Part shown: positions 1-9,245 of the stretch, piece after piece
Layout of the letters: each line of letters begins with the position of its first letter
Numbering within the stretch: position 1 is the stretch's first letter
Assembly: GCA_963664545.2 (NCBI GenBank)
Contig: OY761475.2
Location: forward strand, 3,679,608-3,743,607
Length of the DNA: 64,000 bases
Direction of reading: 5' to 3'
Source of the DNA: Vicinamibacterales bacterium
Lineage (GTDB): Bacteria > Acidobacteriota > Vicinamibacteria > Vicinamibacterales > UBA8438
The notes under the pieces: generated by a model
Told to the model about the DNA's origin: nothing
The model's input: only the letters and a program-made list of their open reading frames with translations
Database searches by the model: none
Translations under genes and position numbers: made by a program

Positions 1-968
1 CAGGCCCGCCAAGTGGTGAACACCTCGTGGGCGCCGTCGAGGTCGGGGGCGCTCTCGTCGGTGACGCACCCGAGGTCTTCCAGGACCGACCGGCCGCCCT
101 CGAGGACGGCCAGCACCTCGGGCTCCACCGGCAGGCCGCCGAGGTCGGGCGACCAGCCGACACGGACGCCGGCGGGGTCGCGTGCGAGGGTGCCGCCCGT
201 GGCGACGCGGGGCACCGTCAGCGACAGCGGTGCCCGCGGATCGGGGCCGGCGATGGCGTCGAACAGCAGGGCCGCGTCCCCAACGGTGCGGGCCATCGGG
301 CCGTGGATGTGGAACGAGAACCACGGCGCGGCGCTGGGCCAGCGCGGCACGCGGCCCGACGAGGGACGGAACCCGACGACGTTGCAGAAGCTGGCGGGGT
401 TGCGCAGCGAACCGCCGAAGTCGCTGCCGTCGGCGATCGGCACCATGCCGGTGGCGAGGGCGACGGCCGCCCCGCCGCTGCTGCCGCCGCAGGTCTTCGT
501 CGGGTCCCAGGGGTTGCGGGTCGCGCCGAACACCTCGTTGAAGGTCTGCGAGCCGGCCCCGAGCTCCGGGGTGTTGGTCTTGCCGACGGTGATGGCACCC
601 GCCCGCCGCTCGCGCTCGACGATGAGCGCGGTCTCGTCGGGCACATGGTGCTCGAAGGCGCGGCTGCCGAACGTGGTGCGGATGCCCGCGGTGACGAACA
701 GGTCCTTGTGCGCGACGGGCAGGCCGTGCAGGGGGCCGACCTCGCGGCCCGCCGCGAGGGCCGCGTCGGCGGCGTCGGCCGCGTCGAGGGCGGCGCCGGC
801 GACGCAGGTGACGATGGCGTTGACGCGGGGGTTGATGCGCTCGTAGCGGGCGAGGTGCGCCTGCATGACCTCGCGCGCCGAGACCGCCCGGCTTCGGATC
901 AACTCCGCGATCCGGCGCGCCGTCAGGTCGCAGAGGTCGCCAGTTGGGTTGGAGGTGCTGTCGGGCAT
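1..968 (-). CDS. Amidase (amidase-signature family), 3' end beyond the window edge
   Basis: Not in the ORF track because it is open at the edge. Minus-strand translation from ATG 968-966 gives MPDSTSNPTGDLCDLTARRIAELIRSRAVSAREVMQAHL...LHGLPVAHKDLF...GKTNTPELGAGSQTFN...KTCGGSSGGAAVALATGMVPIADGSDFGGSLRNPASFCNVVGFRPS. This carries the GGSSGG amidase signature. Confidence 0.85.
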   Translation of the reverse strand, partial: MPDSTSNPTGDLCDLTARRIAELIRSRAVSAREVMQAHLARYERINPRVNAIVTCVAGAALDAADAADAALAAGREVGPLHGLPVAHKDLFVTAGIRTTFGSRAFEHHVPDETALIVERERRAGAITVGKTNTPELGAGSQTFNEVFGATRNPWDPTKTCGGSSGGAAVALATGMVPIADGSDFGGSLRNPASFCNVVGFRPSSGRVPRWPSAAPWFSFHIHGPMARTVGDAALLFDAIAGPDPRAPLSLTVPRVATGGTLARDPAGVRVGWSPDLGGLPVEPEVLAVLEGGRSVLEDLGCVTDESAPDLDGAHEVFTTWRA

Positions 969-1310
969 CGGCGAGCCAGTGTACACGCCCGGCTCTCGGA
1001 ACTCTCCGGGGTCTGGCTGTCGATGCTGTCGATGTAGCGCCCGCGCCGCACGGACGGGTGGGGCACGAGCGGGCTACGGAGACGCCGGCGGGTGGGAAGG
1101 CCGCATCTCGGTCTGGATCGGCCCGGCCGCCGGTCCACCCGGCCGATCCACGGCATCGGCGTTCGTGCCCCCCCGCGCCGAGCGGCACCGCTCCCGCCGC
1201 CGGGGGGGACGCTCACGGCGGCGGCCCGCCGGCCACACCGTGACGCGCTATGATCAGTCCCGCGACCATCATGGGGAACCGATCGATCCCGCGAGACGAG
1301 GAGTCGCCCG

Positions 1311-1835
1311 ATGCTCGACACGCATGCAATCGCCCGGTCGTTGACCGCGGCCGACTTCACGCCCGCCCAGGCGGACGCCCTCACCGACGCCCTCCGGGAG
1401 GTCACGGAGGTGGGCGACCACGTCACATCGGACCAGTTCAAGGCCGGTCAAGCCGAGGTCCGAACCGAGATCGCCGAACTGCGGGCCGAACAACGGACTC
1501 AGGTTGCCGAAGTCCGGAGCGAGATCGCCGAACTGCGGGCTGAACAGCGGACCCAAGTTGCCGAAGTCCGGAGCGAGATCGCCGAGGTCCGAACCGAGAT
1601 CGCAGGCCTGGACACACGGCTCTCAACCCAGATTGCCGAGGTCCGGACCGAGATCGCAAACCTGGACACACGGCTCTCAACCGAGATCGCCGGTGTCCGC
1701 ACCGAGATCGCCGGCGTCCGCACCGAGATTGCGAGCCTTGAAACCAGGCTCATCCGCTGGATGGTCGGGACGGTGATCGCGACGGCGGCGCTGACGGTCG
1801 GGATCCTGCGGTTGATGGCCGGATCGGGCGGGTAG
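1311..1835 (+). CDS. DUF1640-like coiled-coil protein with C-terminal membrane anchor
   Basis: 174-aa ORF. The N-terminus LDTHAIARSLTAADFTPAQADALTDALREV resembles DUF1640 proteins. A heptad-repeat body follows, then a C-terminal hydrophobic helix WMVGTVIATAALTVGILRLM. Confidence 0.7.
   Translation: MLDTHAIARSLTAADFTPAQADALTDALREVTEVGDHVTSDQFKAGQAEVRTEIAELRAEQRTQVAEVRSEIAELRAEQRTQVAEVRSEIAEVRTEIAGLDTRLSTQIAEVRTEIANLDTRLSTEIAGVRTEIAGVRTEIASLETRLIRWMVGTVIATAALTVGILRLMAGSGG
1452..1730 (+). repeat. Nested in-frame tandem repeats inside the DUF1640-like gene
   Basis: The base unit is 21 bp (gccgaggtccgaaccgagatc, encoding AEVRTEI). A 54-bp unit occurs at 1473-1526 and 1527-1580. A second 54-bp unit occurs at 1581-1634 and 1635-1688. 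Two further 21-bp units lie at 1689-1730. Confidence 0.85.
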
Positions 1836-1882
1836 AGACACATCGAACGCCTGAGCCGTCGGGAACCCGGCGCGGCGTCCTA

Positions 1883-2476
1883 CTACGATCGCGCGGTGCC
1901 GTTCGAGCCCGGCCGGCGCGGCTCTCCCTGCCACGCCGACACCCAGGCGGTGCCGAGCCGCGCCCAGGCGCCGGCGGCGTGGGCCGCCCACAGGGTGGGC
2001 TGCAGGGTCCAGTGGGCGACGCGGGCCGGGCCGGTCTCGCGCCGGACGTAGGCGACGGCCTGCTTCGGCGGCGACAGCACCGCCTCGCCCACCAGCACCT
2101 CCTCGCGGTCGCCGTTGACGCACACGGTCTTCAGCCGCACCCGGTTGCGGTCCTCCAGCCGTTCCACGACCTCAACGCGCGCGGTGATGCGGTCGCCGAA
2201 GTAGACGGGCCGCGTGAACTTGATCTGCTGGCTGACGTAGATGCAGCCGGGGCCCGGTAGCTTCATGCCCAGCACCGCCGAGACGAGGCCCGCCGTCCAC
2301 ATGCCGGGCACGATGGGCTTCTCGAACCGCGTCGAGGCGGCGTACTCGTGGTCCTGGTGAATGGGGTTGTGGTCGCCGATCGAGTCGATGAACTCGGCCA
2401 CGTCCCCGGGGGAGGCCACGCGGGTCGTCTCGGCCGTGTCGCCGACGGCCATGTCCTTCAGGGGGTGTCCTCGCAT
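1883..2476 (-). CDS. phaJ: MaoC-like (R)-specific enoyl-CoA hydratase (hot-dog fold)
   Basis: Motif FIDSIGDHNPIHQDHEYAASTRFEKPIVPGMW is typical of MaoC dehydratases. It is the last gene of the co-directional PHA cluster. The start (M1 or M9) is uncertain. A Trp/Ala-rich extension of about 45 aa sits at the C-terminus. Confidence 0.75.
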   Translation of the reverse strand: MRGHPLKDMAVGDTAETTRVASPGDVAEFIDSIGDHNPIHQDHEYAASTRFEKPIVPGMWTAGLVSAVLGMKLPGPGCIYVSQQIKFTRPVYFGDRITARVEVVERLEDRNRVRLKTVCVNGDREEVLVGEAVLSPPKQAVAYVRRETGPARVAHWTLQPTLWAAHAAGAWARLGTAWVSAWQGEPRRPGSNGTARS

Positions 2477-2604
2477 CCGTCCGGTCCGTCTCCGTCGCGC
2501 CGCTCGTCAGCGATGCCGTCGTCGTCCGCGCCGGTGCCGCCAGACGCCCGACGCGCGTCCGCGTCCCGCGGCGCCGGCAGGCATGATGTCCGCGTCGGCC
2601 GCCG

Positions 2605-3579
2605 TCAAGCCTGACGCTTCCGCGTCCTCCGCGCGGTGCCGGTTCCGGTCTTCCCGGTACCGCCTCCGGTCTTCGTCGTGCTCCGGCTGGTCTTCGCCGC
2701 GCCGGCCGCCGTGTTGGCGGTGCCGCGGCCGGTCTTCGCGGCGGTGCGCCCGGCCTTGGCGGCGGTGCCACCCGTCTTCGCGGCGGGGCTACGTGTCGTC
2801 CCGCCGGTCTTCCCGTCGGCAGGCCGCCGCTTAGAACCGCCGGTTTCCGGCGGCGGGGCGGTGGGACGGTTCCGAAGATCTTCGATCTTGTCCTCCAGTG
2901 CCCCGAGCCGGCCTTCCAGGCCAGTCATCCGCGGGCTGTTCCAGATGTCCCCGAGTTCGCTCTTCAGCGCCCCGATCTGATCCTCCATGCCCGCCATCCG
3001 TGGGCTGTTCCGCAGGCTATCGATCTTGCCTTCCAGCGCCCCGACCCGGCTCTCCAGGCCCGTCACCCGCGGGTTGTCCCCAAGGCCTTCGAGCTTGTCC
3101 TCCAGCCCTTCGAGCCGGTCTTCGAGGTCCATAAGCTGCCGCGACAGGCCGACGACTTGCTCGCGCGACGGGAGGCCCACGGCGTCGATGGCGGCCTTGC
3201 CGGAGCGCTCCACCGCCTCGCGCGCCTTGCCCTGCACGGTCAGGAACTGGTCGAGGGTCTTGCCGAGGGCCTCGGCGAACGCCTCGGTGCCCATCGCCCG
3301 CTCCAGGGCCTGGCTCCACGCCGCGATCCAGTCGTCGAGGAACCGCTTCCACTGCGCGAGCAGTTGCGGGTCGACGGGTCCGGCCCCCGCGAACGGGGGG
3401 GCGTTCATGGGGCCGACGTTCGAGAACTGGCGCCAGAACTGCATCGGGTCCGGCGGCGGGGGGACGTGGCCCTGGCTGGCCATCTGCCGGACCGTCTTGA
3501 TCCAGGCGTCGGTGCCGGCCTGCACCTGCTTGCGCCACTGCGCGAACAGGTCGTTCGGGTCCGATGTGGTATCTGGCAT
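2605..3579 (-). CDS. phaE: PHA synthase class III subunit PhaE-like, with repeat region and basic C-terminal tail
   Basis: Lies 34 bp downstream of the class III phaC. The Trp-rich N-terminal half (FAQWRKQVQAGTDAWIK...LLAQWKRFLDDWIAAW) resembles PhaE. Three roughly 23-aa repeats follow (N(S/N)PR(M/V)xG(L/M)ExxxGALxxxIxxL). The tail is rich in K, T, G and A. Confidence 0.7.
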   Translation of the reverse strand: MPDTTSDPNDLFAQWRKQVQAGTDAWIKTVRQMASQGHVPPPPDPMQFWRQFSNVGPMNAPPFAGAGPVDPQLLAQWKRFLDDWIAAWSQALERAMGTEAFAEALGKTLDQFLTVQGKAREAVERSGKAAIDAVGLPSREQVVGLSRQLMDLEDRLEGLEDKLEGLGDNPRVTGLESRVGALEGKIDSLRNSPRMAGMEDQIGALKSELGDIWNSPRMTGLEGRLGALEDKIEDLRNRPTAPPPETGGSKRRPADGKTGGTTRSPAAKTGGTAAKAGRTAAKTGRGTANTAAGAAKTSRSTTKTGGGTGKTGTGTARRTRKRQA

Positions 3580-3612
3580 CTCAAGACTCCCGGTCTGGAG
3601 GCCGCTGCGCGC

Positions 3613-4701
3613 CTACGATCGCGCCGCGAGCCAGCCCGCCACGTGCGGCCAGCAGTCGCGCGACGCGCTCCGTCCCGCGATCAGCGAGATGTGCCCGCCG
3701 GGCAGCTCCATGTAGTCCGTGTCCCGGCTCCCGACGAGGTCGACGAGCGCCTTCACCCCGGCCGGCGGGGCGATGTTGTCGTCGCGGGCCCCGACCACGA
3801 GCAGGGGACAGGTGATGCTCCCGACGTCGACCGGCATCCCGTTGAGCTGCAGCGTGCCCTGGGCCAGCCGGTTCTCCTGGTAGAAGTCCTTGACCCACTG
3901 CCGGAAGAACTCGCCGGGGAACGGGACGTAACCGTTGGCCCACTTCTGGAGGGCCTTGTAGCCTTCGAGATAGCGGTCGTTCCAGGCGTTCCACCACAGG
4001 TTGATGCCGGTGCTCAGGTCCATGGTGGGCCGGAGCAGCTTGAAGCCGACCTGCACCATCTCGGCCGGCATCTGCCCCATCGTGTCGACAAGCTTGTCGA
4101 CGTCGAAGTAGCGGCGGTCGAGCCAGCGGCCGAACAGGCCCGCGTGCGAGAAGTCGATGGGGCCGGCGAGGTTGACGAGGTTGCGGACCGGGAAGTCGGG
4201 GTGGCTGCCGAGGAAGCTGACCGCGAGCGGCGCCCCCATGCAGTAGCCGACGACCGAGCACGCCTCGGCGTCGGCGTCGGCCAGCAGCTTCCGGCCCATG
4301 CGGGGCAGGATGCGGGTGGCGCAGTCGGCGAACGTCAGGTGGTCGTCTTCGGGGCCGAAGACCCCCCAGTCGAGCAGATAGAACGGGAACCCTTGCTCGA
4401 CCATGTAGCCGATGAAGCTGGCCTGGGGCAGGAGGTCGAAGACGGTGGGGCGGCTGATGCCGAGGTTCGGCACGAAGAGCACCGGCGTGTCGACCTTCGC
4501 CTCGCCGTCGTAGCGGTACAGGCGCGCCTTGTGCTTGCGGTAGACCTCGCGGCGGGGGCTCTGGCCGACCGCCGGCTCGTTCGACTCGGCCACGATCTCG
4601 CCGATGTTGCGCACGCGCCGGATGGTGCGCTCGATCTCGGTCTGCCAGGCCGACCAGGCGTCCTCGCCGACGGGGGTGGACTGCACCGACATGCCGGTCA
4701 T
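3613..4701 (-). CDS. phaC: Class III poly(R)-hydroxyalkanoate synthase catalytic subunit
   Basis: 362 aa, the size expected for class III/IV. Lipase box GYCMG within VVGYCMGAPLAVSF. Alpha/beta-hydrolase context with a conserved Asp/His region (VVGARDDNIAP...GGHISL). Confidence 0.9.
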   Translation of the reverse strand: MTGMSVQSTPVGEDAWSAWQTEIERTIRRVRNIGEIVAESNEPAVGQSPRREVYRKHKARLYRYDGEAKVDTPVLFVPNLGISRPTVFDLLPQASFIGYMVEQGFPFYLLDWGVFGPEDDHLTFADCATRILPRMGRKLLADADAEACSVVGYCMGAPLAVSFLGSHPDFPVRNLVNLAGPIDFSHAGLFGRWLDRRYFDVDKLVDTMGQMPAEMVQVGFKLLRPTMDLSTGINLWWNAWNDRYLEGYKALQKWANGYVPFPGEFFRQWVKDFYQENRLAQGTLQLNGMPVDVGSITCPLLVVGARDDNIAPPAGVKALVDLVGSRDTDYMELPGGHISLIAGRSASRDCWPHVAGWLAARS

Positions 4702-4864
4702 CTCCTCCGCGGGAACGGCCGGTGCCGGGCATGCCGGGGCCGGCCGGGTTCATCGTCGAGCGGGCGCGGGGCGGCCCGGCTCCGCTCTCCCGTCAGGGTG
4801 GGCCGCCCCACGGGGCGACTCCGTGGTCCGCGGTTCGCCGGGCAGCGTCAACCGCGGTTCGCGC

Positions 4865-5401
4865 TCACGCGGCGGTCTTGGCCGCCGTCCGCGCCTTCGC
4901 GGTGGTCCGGGTGCTCTTGGGCACCGCGTCGGCCGCGCGCTCGGTCCACATCTGCGCCCACGCCGACTGCGCCGCGCTGACCTTCTCGACCGACTCCTGC
5001 CACGCCGCGAACAGCTTCTGGTTCTCGTCGTCGATGGTGCCGAGCATCTTCACCGGCACCGCCTTGCGGACCATGCCGAAGTAGCTCTCCCAGAGCTCGT
5101 TCTGGGCCTCGGTCCAGCGGTTGCCGAGGGCCTGGGTCTGCTCGGCCCAGTCCAGCAGGTCCTTGGGGATGCCGGGGACGGCCGACGCGCTGTCGGCGAG
5201 GCTGCCCATGACCGCCTTCTGCGTCTCGAGGCCGTTCTTGACCGCCTCTTCCCACGTGTCGACGGCCTTGCGCCACGTCTCGGCGAGCTGCGCCTGGCTG
5301 GCCTGCTGCTCCGTCGCCTCGGCCCAGCCGCTCCACAGCTTCTTCTGGGTGTCGGTCCACGCCTGCAGCATGTCGTCTGTCTGTTTGGTCCAGTTGATCA
5401 T
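4865..5401 (-). CDS. Phasin-like PHA granule-associated protein (putative)
   Basis: 178-aa helical, Trp- and Gln-rich protein encoded immediately upstream of phaC. Short basic tail KSTRTTAKARTAAKTAA. Assigned by context and composition only. Confidence 0.5.
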   Translation of the reverse strand: MINWTKQTDDMLQAWTDTQKKLWSGWAEATEQQASQAQLAETWRKAVDTWEEAVKNGLETQKAVMGSLADSASAVPGIPKDLLDWAEQTQALGNRWTEAQNELWESYFGMVRKAVPVKMLGTIDDENQKLFAAWQESVEKVSAAQSAWAQMWTERAADAVPKSTRTTAKARTAAKTAA

Positions 5402-5503
5402 CGGGATTCTCCTCGAAACGAAGGACGCGGGTCCAGGGCCGGCGTTCCGCGCGCGGCCTTTCCGTTGCTCGCCCGCGACCCGGCCCGCCGAGCGACGGGC
5501 AGA

Positions 5504-5532
5504 ATGGTAACAAGGGCTGGTAACTTTTGCAA
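5504..5532 (-). promoter_or_regulatory. Candidate sigma-70 promoter for the phasin-phaC-phaE-phaJ unit
   Basis: On the minus strand: TTGCAA (5532-5527), a 17-nt spacer, then TACCAT (5509-5504). It lies in a locally AT-richer stretch about 100 nt upstream of the phasin ATG. A direct repeat GTTACCA-N8-GTTACCA overlaps the spacer and the -10. Confidence 0.3.
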
Positions 5533-5666
5533 GCGGTTTCTTTGCGGCAGCGGGGACGCCCTTCCAGGTGGGCGGGAGCCGCCGATGATGGACATGCCGG
5601 TGCCCGCGGGGGCCGGGCGGGAGGGGGGCGTTCGCCGGCCTTGCGGAACCCCGGCGGGGCGGCGTG

Positions 5667-6029
5667 TCACTCTCCGGCGTCGTTCACCTTGCGGAACGAC
5701 TCGTACATCTCGACGAGCATCTCGCGCTGGCGGGCCGACAGGTAGGGGTCGCGGCGGATCGCCTCGACGGTGTCGGCGGCCCCGCCGTCCGACGGGTCGA
5801 GGATGCCGGCCTGCGCGTACAGCGTCTCCGCCGATATCTCCAGCCCGTCGGCGAGGGCCTTGAGGACGAAGCTGCTGGGGTTGCGCAGGCCGCGCTCGAT
5901 CTGGCTGAGATAGGCGTTCGAGATGCCGCACACGTCGGCGAGCTGGCGCACCGACAGGTGGCCCAGCTCGCGCTGGCGGCGGATGAACTCGCCGAGGCCG
6001 ACATCGGGACCGGAGCGCTTGACGGTCAT
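5667..6029 (-). CDS. XRE-family helix-turn-helix transcriptional regulator
   Basis: 120 aa from the internal ATG at 6029 of the 441-aa shadow-extended ORF. HTH motif LSVRQLADVCGISNAYLSQIERGLRNPS. Lies between phaB and the phasin-like gene. Confidence 0.8.
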   Translation of the reverse strand: MTVKRSGPDVGLGEFIRRQRELGHLSVRQLADVCGISNAYLSQIERGLRNPSSFVLKALADGLEISAETLYAQAGILDPSDGGAADTVEAIRRDPYLSARQREMLVEMYESFRKVNDAGE

Positions 6030-6046
6030 GCCGTTTCCCGGCTGGG

Positions 6047-6787
6047 CTACATCTCCAGGCCGCCGTTGACGGTCAGGACCGCGCCGGTGATGTACCCCGC
6101 TTCGTCCTCGAGGAGGAACCGCACGCAGCGCGCGACCTCCGACGCCTGCCCGAGGCGGCCCACGGGGATGCGGCCGATGATGGTCTCGAGGACCGGCTTG
6201 GGGACCGAGGCGACCATCTCGGTCTCGATGAACCCGGGGGCGACGCAGTTGACGGTGATGCCCTTGCGCGCGACCTCGAGGGCGAGGCTCTTGGTGAAGC
6301 CGAACTGGCCCGACTTCGACGCCGCGTAGTTCGCCTGTCCGATGTTGCCGCTCTGGCCGATGACCGAGCTGATGTTGACGATGCGCCCGCTCTGGCGCTC
6401 GACCATGTGGTTGAGCACCGCCTTGATCATGTAGAACGCGCCGGAGAGGTTCACCCTCAGCACCGCGTGCCAGTCTTCGACGGTCATCTTGCGCACCGTC
6501 TTGTCGACGTTGATGCCGGCGTTGTTCACGAGGAAGTCGATGCGTCCCTGCTGGTCGAGCACCTCCCGCACTACCCGCGAGCAGGCATCGGGCTCGGCCA
6601 CGTTGCCCTGGTGCAGCGACACCGAGCGGCCCTCGGCCCGCAGGCCGGTCGCCAGCACCTCCGCCGCCTCCGCCCCCCGGTTGTAGCCGGCCGCGACGTG
6701 GGCGCCGGCCTCGGCCAGATTCCGGGTGATGGCCGCGCCGATGCCTCGGCACCCCCCGGTGACGACGGCGACCTTTCCTGTGAACAT
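6047..6787 (-). CDS. phaB: Acetoacetyl-CoA reductase / 3-oxoacyl reductase (classical SDR)
   Basis: Start at MFTGKVAVVTGG (ATG 6787, with RBS GGAGGAG upstream). Cofactor motif TGGxRGIG, then NNAG, then catalytic YxxxK (YAASKSG). PHA cluster context. Confidence 0.85.
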   Translation of the reverse strand: MFTGKVAVVTGGCRGIGAAITRNLAEAGAHVAAGYNRGAEAAEVLATGLRAEGRSVSLHQGNVAEPDACSRVVREVLDQQGRIDFLVNNAGINVDKTVRKMTVEDWHAVLRVNLSGAFYMIKAVLNHMVERQSGRIVNISSVIGQSGNIGQANYAASKSGQFGFTKSLALEVARKGITVNCVAPGFIETEMVASVPKPVLETIIGRIPVGRLGQASEVARCVRFLLEDEAGYITGAVLTVNGGLEM

Positions 6788-7109
6788 CCTGTCTCCTCCC
6801 GTTTCCGATCGTCGGCACCCGTTGCGGGGCGCCCGCCGCGCGGCGTCGGCCCGCCGCACCCGCGGGAGGCTGCCGAAGCGTAACACGGCCGTCGAGTGAC
6901 CCGGCCGTCGCCGGGCCGGCTCGACCCGCCCTCGGGGCCGACTTGGTTACCGATGGCGACGCACCCGCCCGACCGCGTCGTTCGTCGGCCAAATGTGCCC
7001 GACTGCGGCCGCCTCAAGCCTTATCAGGCGGGTGCCCCCCGCCGATCCCCGGCGCCCGCTGGGCGCATTACAGCGTCGGACAGCGCCGGGTTTCATCACG
7101 GGCCGAGGG

Positions 7110-9068
7110 TCAGCCGCCGAAGGCGGCCTCGACGTCGGCGGACGACGACGTGTGGGGCGGCACGGGCAGCGGACCGGCGTCCGCGGCCAGCGGCGGCCCC
7201 GTCCGTTCCGGCGCGACGACGGCGGGGTCGATGCGCAGCACCGCGTAGCCGGCGACCGCGCCGGCCCCGAAGCCGGGCGTGAAGATGCGGGTCGGCGCCG
7301 AGAGCACGCCCTCGCGCACGGCGTCGTGGATCGCGAGGGGGATGCTCGCGGCCGACGTGTTGCCGACCCGCGCGATGTTGAAGTACATGCGGTCGCGGCC
7401 GATGCCCGCCTGCTCGGCGAGGTCGATGACCATCCGCTTGTTCGCCTGGTGCGGGATGATGAGGTCGATGGCGTCGACCAGGGTTCCCGCCCCGCCGTCG
7501 GGGTGGGGCAGGGTCTGCAGCTCGCCGATCATCTGCTCGAGGTAGCGCTTCACCAGCGCCTTGACCTCCGGCCCGTAGACGGTGATGTCGCAGCCGAACT
7601 CGAGGTTCGGCCAGATGATCGAGTTCACCTGGCTCTCGGGGCCGCTGGCGTAGGTCTGCAGCACGTCCACGTCGCCGGCCGCGCCGTCCGGGGCGGGGGC
7701 GACGACGAGGGCGGCGGCCCCGTCGCCGAAGATCATGCGCGACGTGCGCACGCTGCCCACCTTGTCCGAGAACTTCTCGGCGCAGACGAGCAGGATCGGC
7801 CGCCGGACCTCCTGCAGGATGCGCACCGCGTCGACGAGTCCGTAGGGGAAGCCCGCGCAGGCCGCCACCAGGTCCACCGACGTGTGCGTCTGGTACATGC
7901 CGAGCTGCCCGGAGAGCCACGTCGCGGCCGACGGCAGCAGCCGGGTGTTCGTGCAGGTGCAGAAGAGGACCGCGCCCATCTCCTCCGGCGACCGGCCGGC
8001 CCGGTCGAGCGCGCCCGCGGCGGCGTCGAGCGCGAGGTGCTCGAGGCCGCCCTCGGTGTAGCAGCGGCTCTCGATGCCGGTCTTGGCGGCGATCTCCGCC
8101 GCGCTCATCGGCGACCAGTTCGAGGCCGAGTTGCGGATGATGTCGTCGTTCGTGCACAGGATCTCGCCCCGGCGCACGGCGAGCGACTCGATGCGCGGCT
8201 GCACCTCGAACTGCGACCGCACCTGCACGGGGGCGAGGGGCGCGACGGGTTGCCGGGTCGGGGCGGCGGGGGGGATGCGCGGCCGCCGCGGCGCGCCGTT
8301 CTTCACGCGCCGGATGAAGTCGAGCACGTCCCCGCTGCGGGGCTGGTAGATGACGACGACATCGTCGCCCTTGAGGGCGCCCACCGGGGTCAGCCGGGTA
8401 TCGGAGCGGTCCCACGGATACTGGTTGTGCAGGGTCATCGTCCAGCGCCGCAGGGCCTCGAGCTCGGGCACGCTCTCGTGGCAGTCGAGGATGTCCGCGA
8501 GGCTGAACCGGGGATAGTCGGGCTCGAACGAGCCGAGGCGGTACACGAGCTGCGAGCCGGTGGCGACGGCCTCGGCGACCGTCGGCTTGATCGCGGGCAG
8601 GTCGGTGGCGTGGTGCCGCTTGTGGCGGAACACGTCGAACAGCATCCGGTACAGCTCGTGCTCGACCTCGGGCGACCACGCCGCGGGGAGGTCCCGGTAG
8701 CACGACTCGACGGCCGCGACCTTGCTTTCGCCGTCCTCCCAGGGGGTGAGGGCGGGCAGGAAGATGTCGTCGCGGCGCCGGGGCACGTCGCGCCACCGCG
8801 TCGGCCGCTTCTCGTACATCGTGATGACGTAGCGGTTCATCCAGAACAGGTGCAGCCCCAGATCGCGCAGCAGCTCGTAGCGGTTGGCGTACCCGCCCGA
8901 TTCCGCCCGCGCCCGGATCTCGGAGCCGGTCGGAGCCTTGACCTCGAAGTCGCGCCGCACGATGGCCGCGAGGTCCTCGACGGTGTCGATGGACGAGAAG
9001 TCCGGCTCGGGAAAGAAGTTGGACGGGAAGACGAGCCGGCGGTGCGAGTTCACGACAAAGGGTTTCAT
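7110..9068 (-). CDS. Fusion protein: unknown N-terminal domain of about 330 aa plus KASIII (FabH-like) condensing enzyme
   Basis: Start at MKPFVVNSHRR (ATG 9068). The C-terminal half carries the KASIII triad contexts DLVAACAGFPYG (Cys), IIPHQANKRM (His) and VGNTSAASIPLA (Asn). I do not recognise the N-terminal half. Confidence 0.8.
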   Translation of the reverse strand: MKPFVVNSHRRLVFPSNFFPEPDFSSIDTVEDLAAIVRRDFEVKAPTGSEIRARAESGGYANRYELLRDLGLHLFWMNRYVITMYEKRPTRWRDVPRRRDDIFLPALTPWEDGESKVAAVESCYRDLPAAWSPEVEHELYRMLFDVFRHKRHHATDLPAIKPTVAEAVATGSQLVYRLGSFEPDYPRFSLADILDCHESVPELEALRRWTMTLHNQYPWDRSDTRLTPVGALKGDDVVVIYQPRSGDVLDFIRRVKNGAPRRPRIPPAAPTRQPVAPLAPVQVRSQFEVQPRIESLAVRRGEILCTNDDIIRNSASNWSPMSAAEIAAKTGIESRCYTEGGLEHLALDAAAGALDRAGRSPEEMGAVLFCTCTNTRLLPSAATWLSGQLGMYQTHTSVDLVAACAGFPYGLVDAVRILQEVRRPILLVCAEKFSDKVGSVRTSRMIFGDGAAALVVAPAPDGAAGDVDVLQTYASGPESQVNSIIWPNLEFGCDITVYGPEVKALVKRYLEQMIGELQTLPHPDGGAGTLVDAIDLIIPHQANKRMVIDLAEQAGIGRDRMYFNIARVGNTSAASIPLAIHDAVREGVLSAPTRIFTPGFGAGAVAGYAVLRIDPAVVAPERTGPPLAADAGPLPVPPHTSSSADVEAAFGG

Positions 9069-9245
9069 GTCTGTTTCGTCTCCGGTGCCCGGGTCGGTGT
9101 TCCGGGCCGTCGCAGCCTCCAGGCGGGCGGGTCGGGCTCGGCACCCGGCAGCTCCGACAGCGCGACGGCCAGCCACGCCCGCGGCAGCCTCCAGGCGCGC
9201 GGGCCGGGCTCGGCACCGGGGGCCAGGGCGGGCCTCGCGGCCCGG

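Noticed and set aside
3157-4980. Long plus-strand ORF (607 aa). Similar very long ORFs: 6993-9533 (+), 13783-16779 (-), 17455-19083 (+), 20018-22396 (+), 33177-35603 (-), 33224-35422 (+), 42148-44541 (+), 44826-46589 (+), 47363-48721 (+), 52049-54244 (-), 58453-60372 (-).
   Set aside because: Each lies antisense to, or out of frame with, a gene that has clear family motifs. Their translations are Arg/Pro/Gly/Ala-rich with no motifs. These are the usual open shadow frames of a roughly 70% GC genome.
7110-9068. Calling the KASIII fusion a phaA thiolase.
   Set aside because: The motifs (ACAGF, HQAN, GNTSAAS) are of the KASIII (FabH) type, not thiolase type. Any acetoacetyl-CoA-forming role is inference only and is reported as such.
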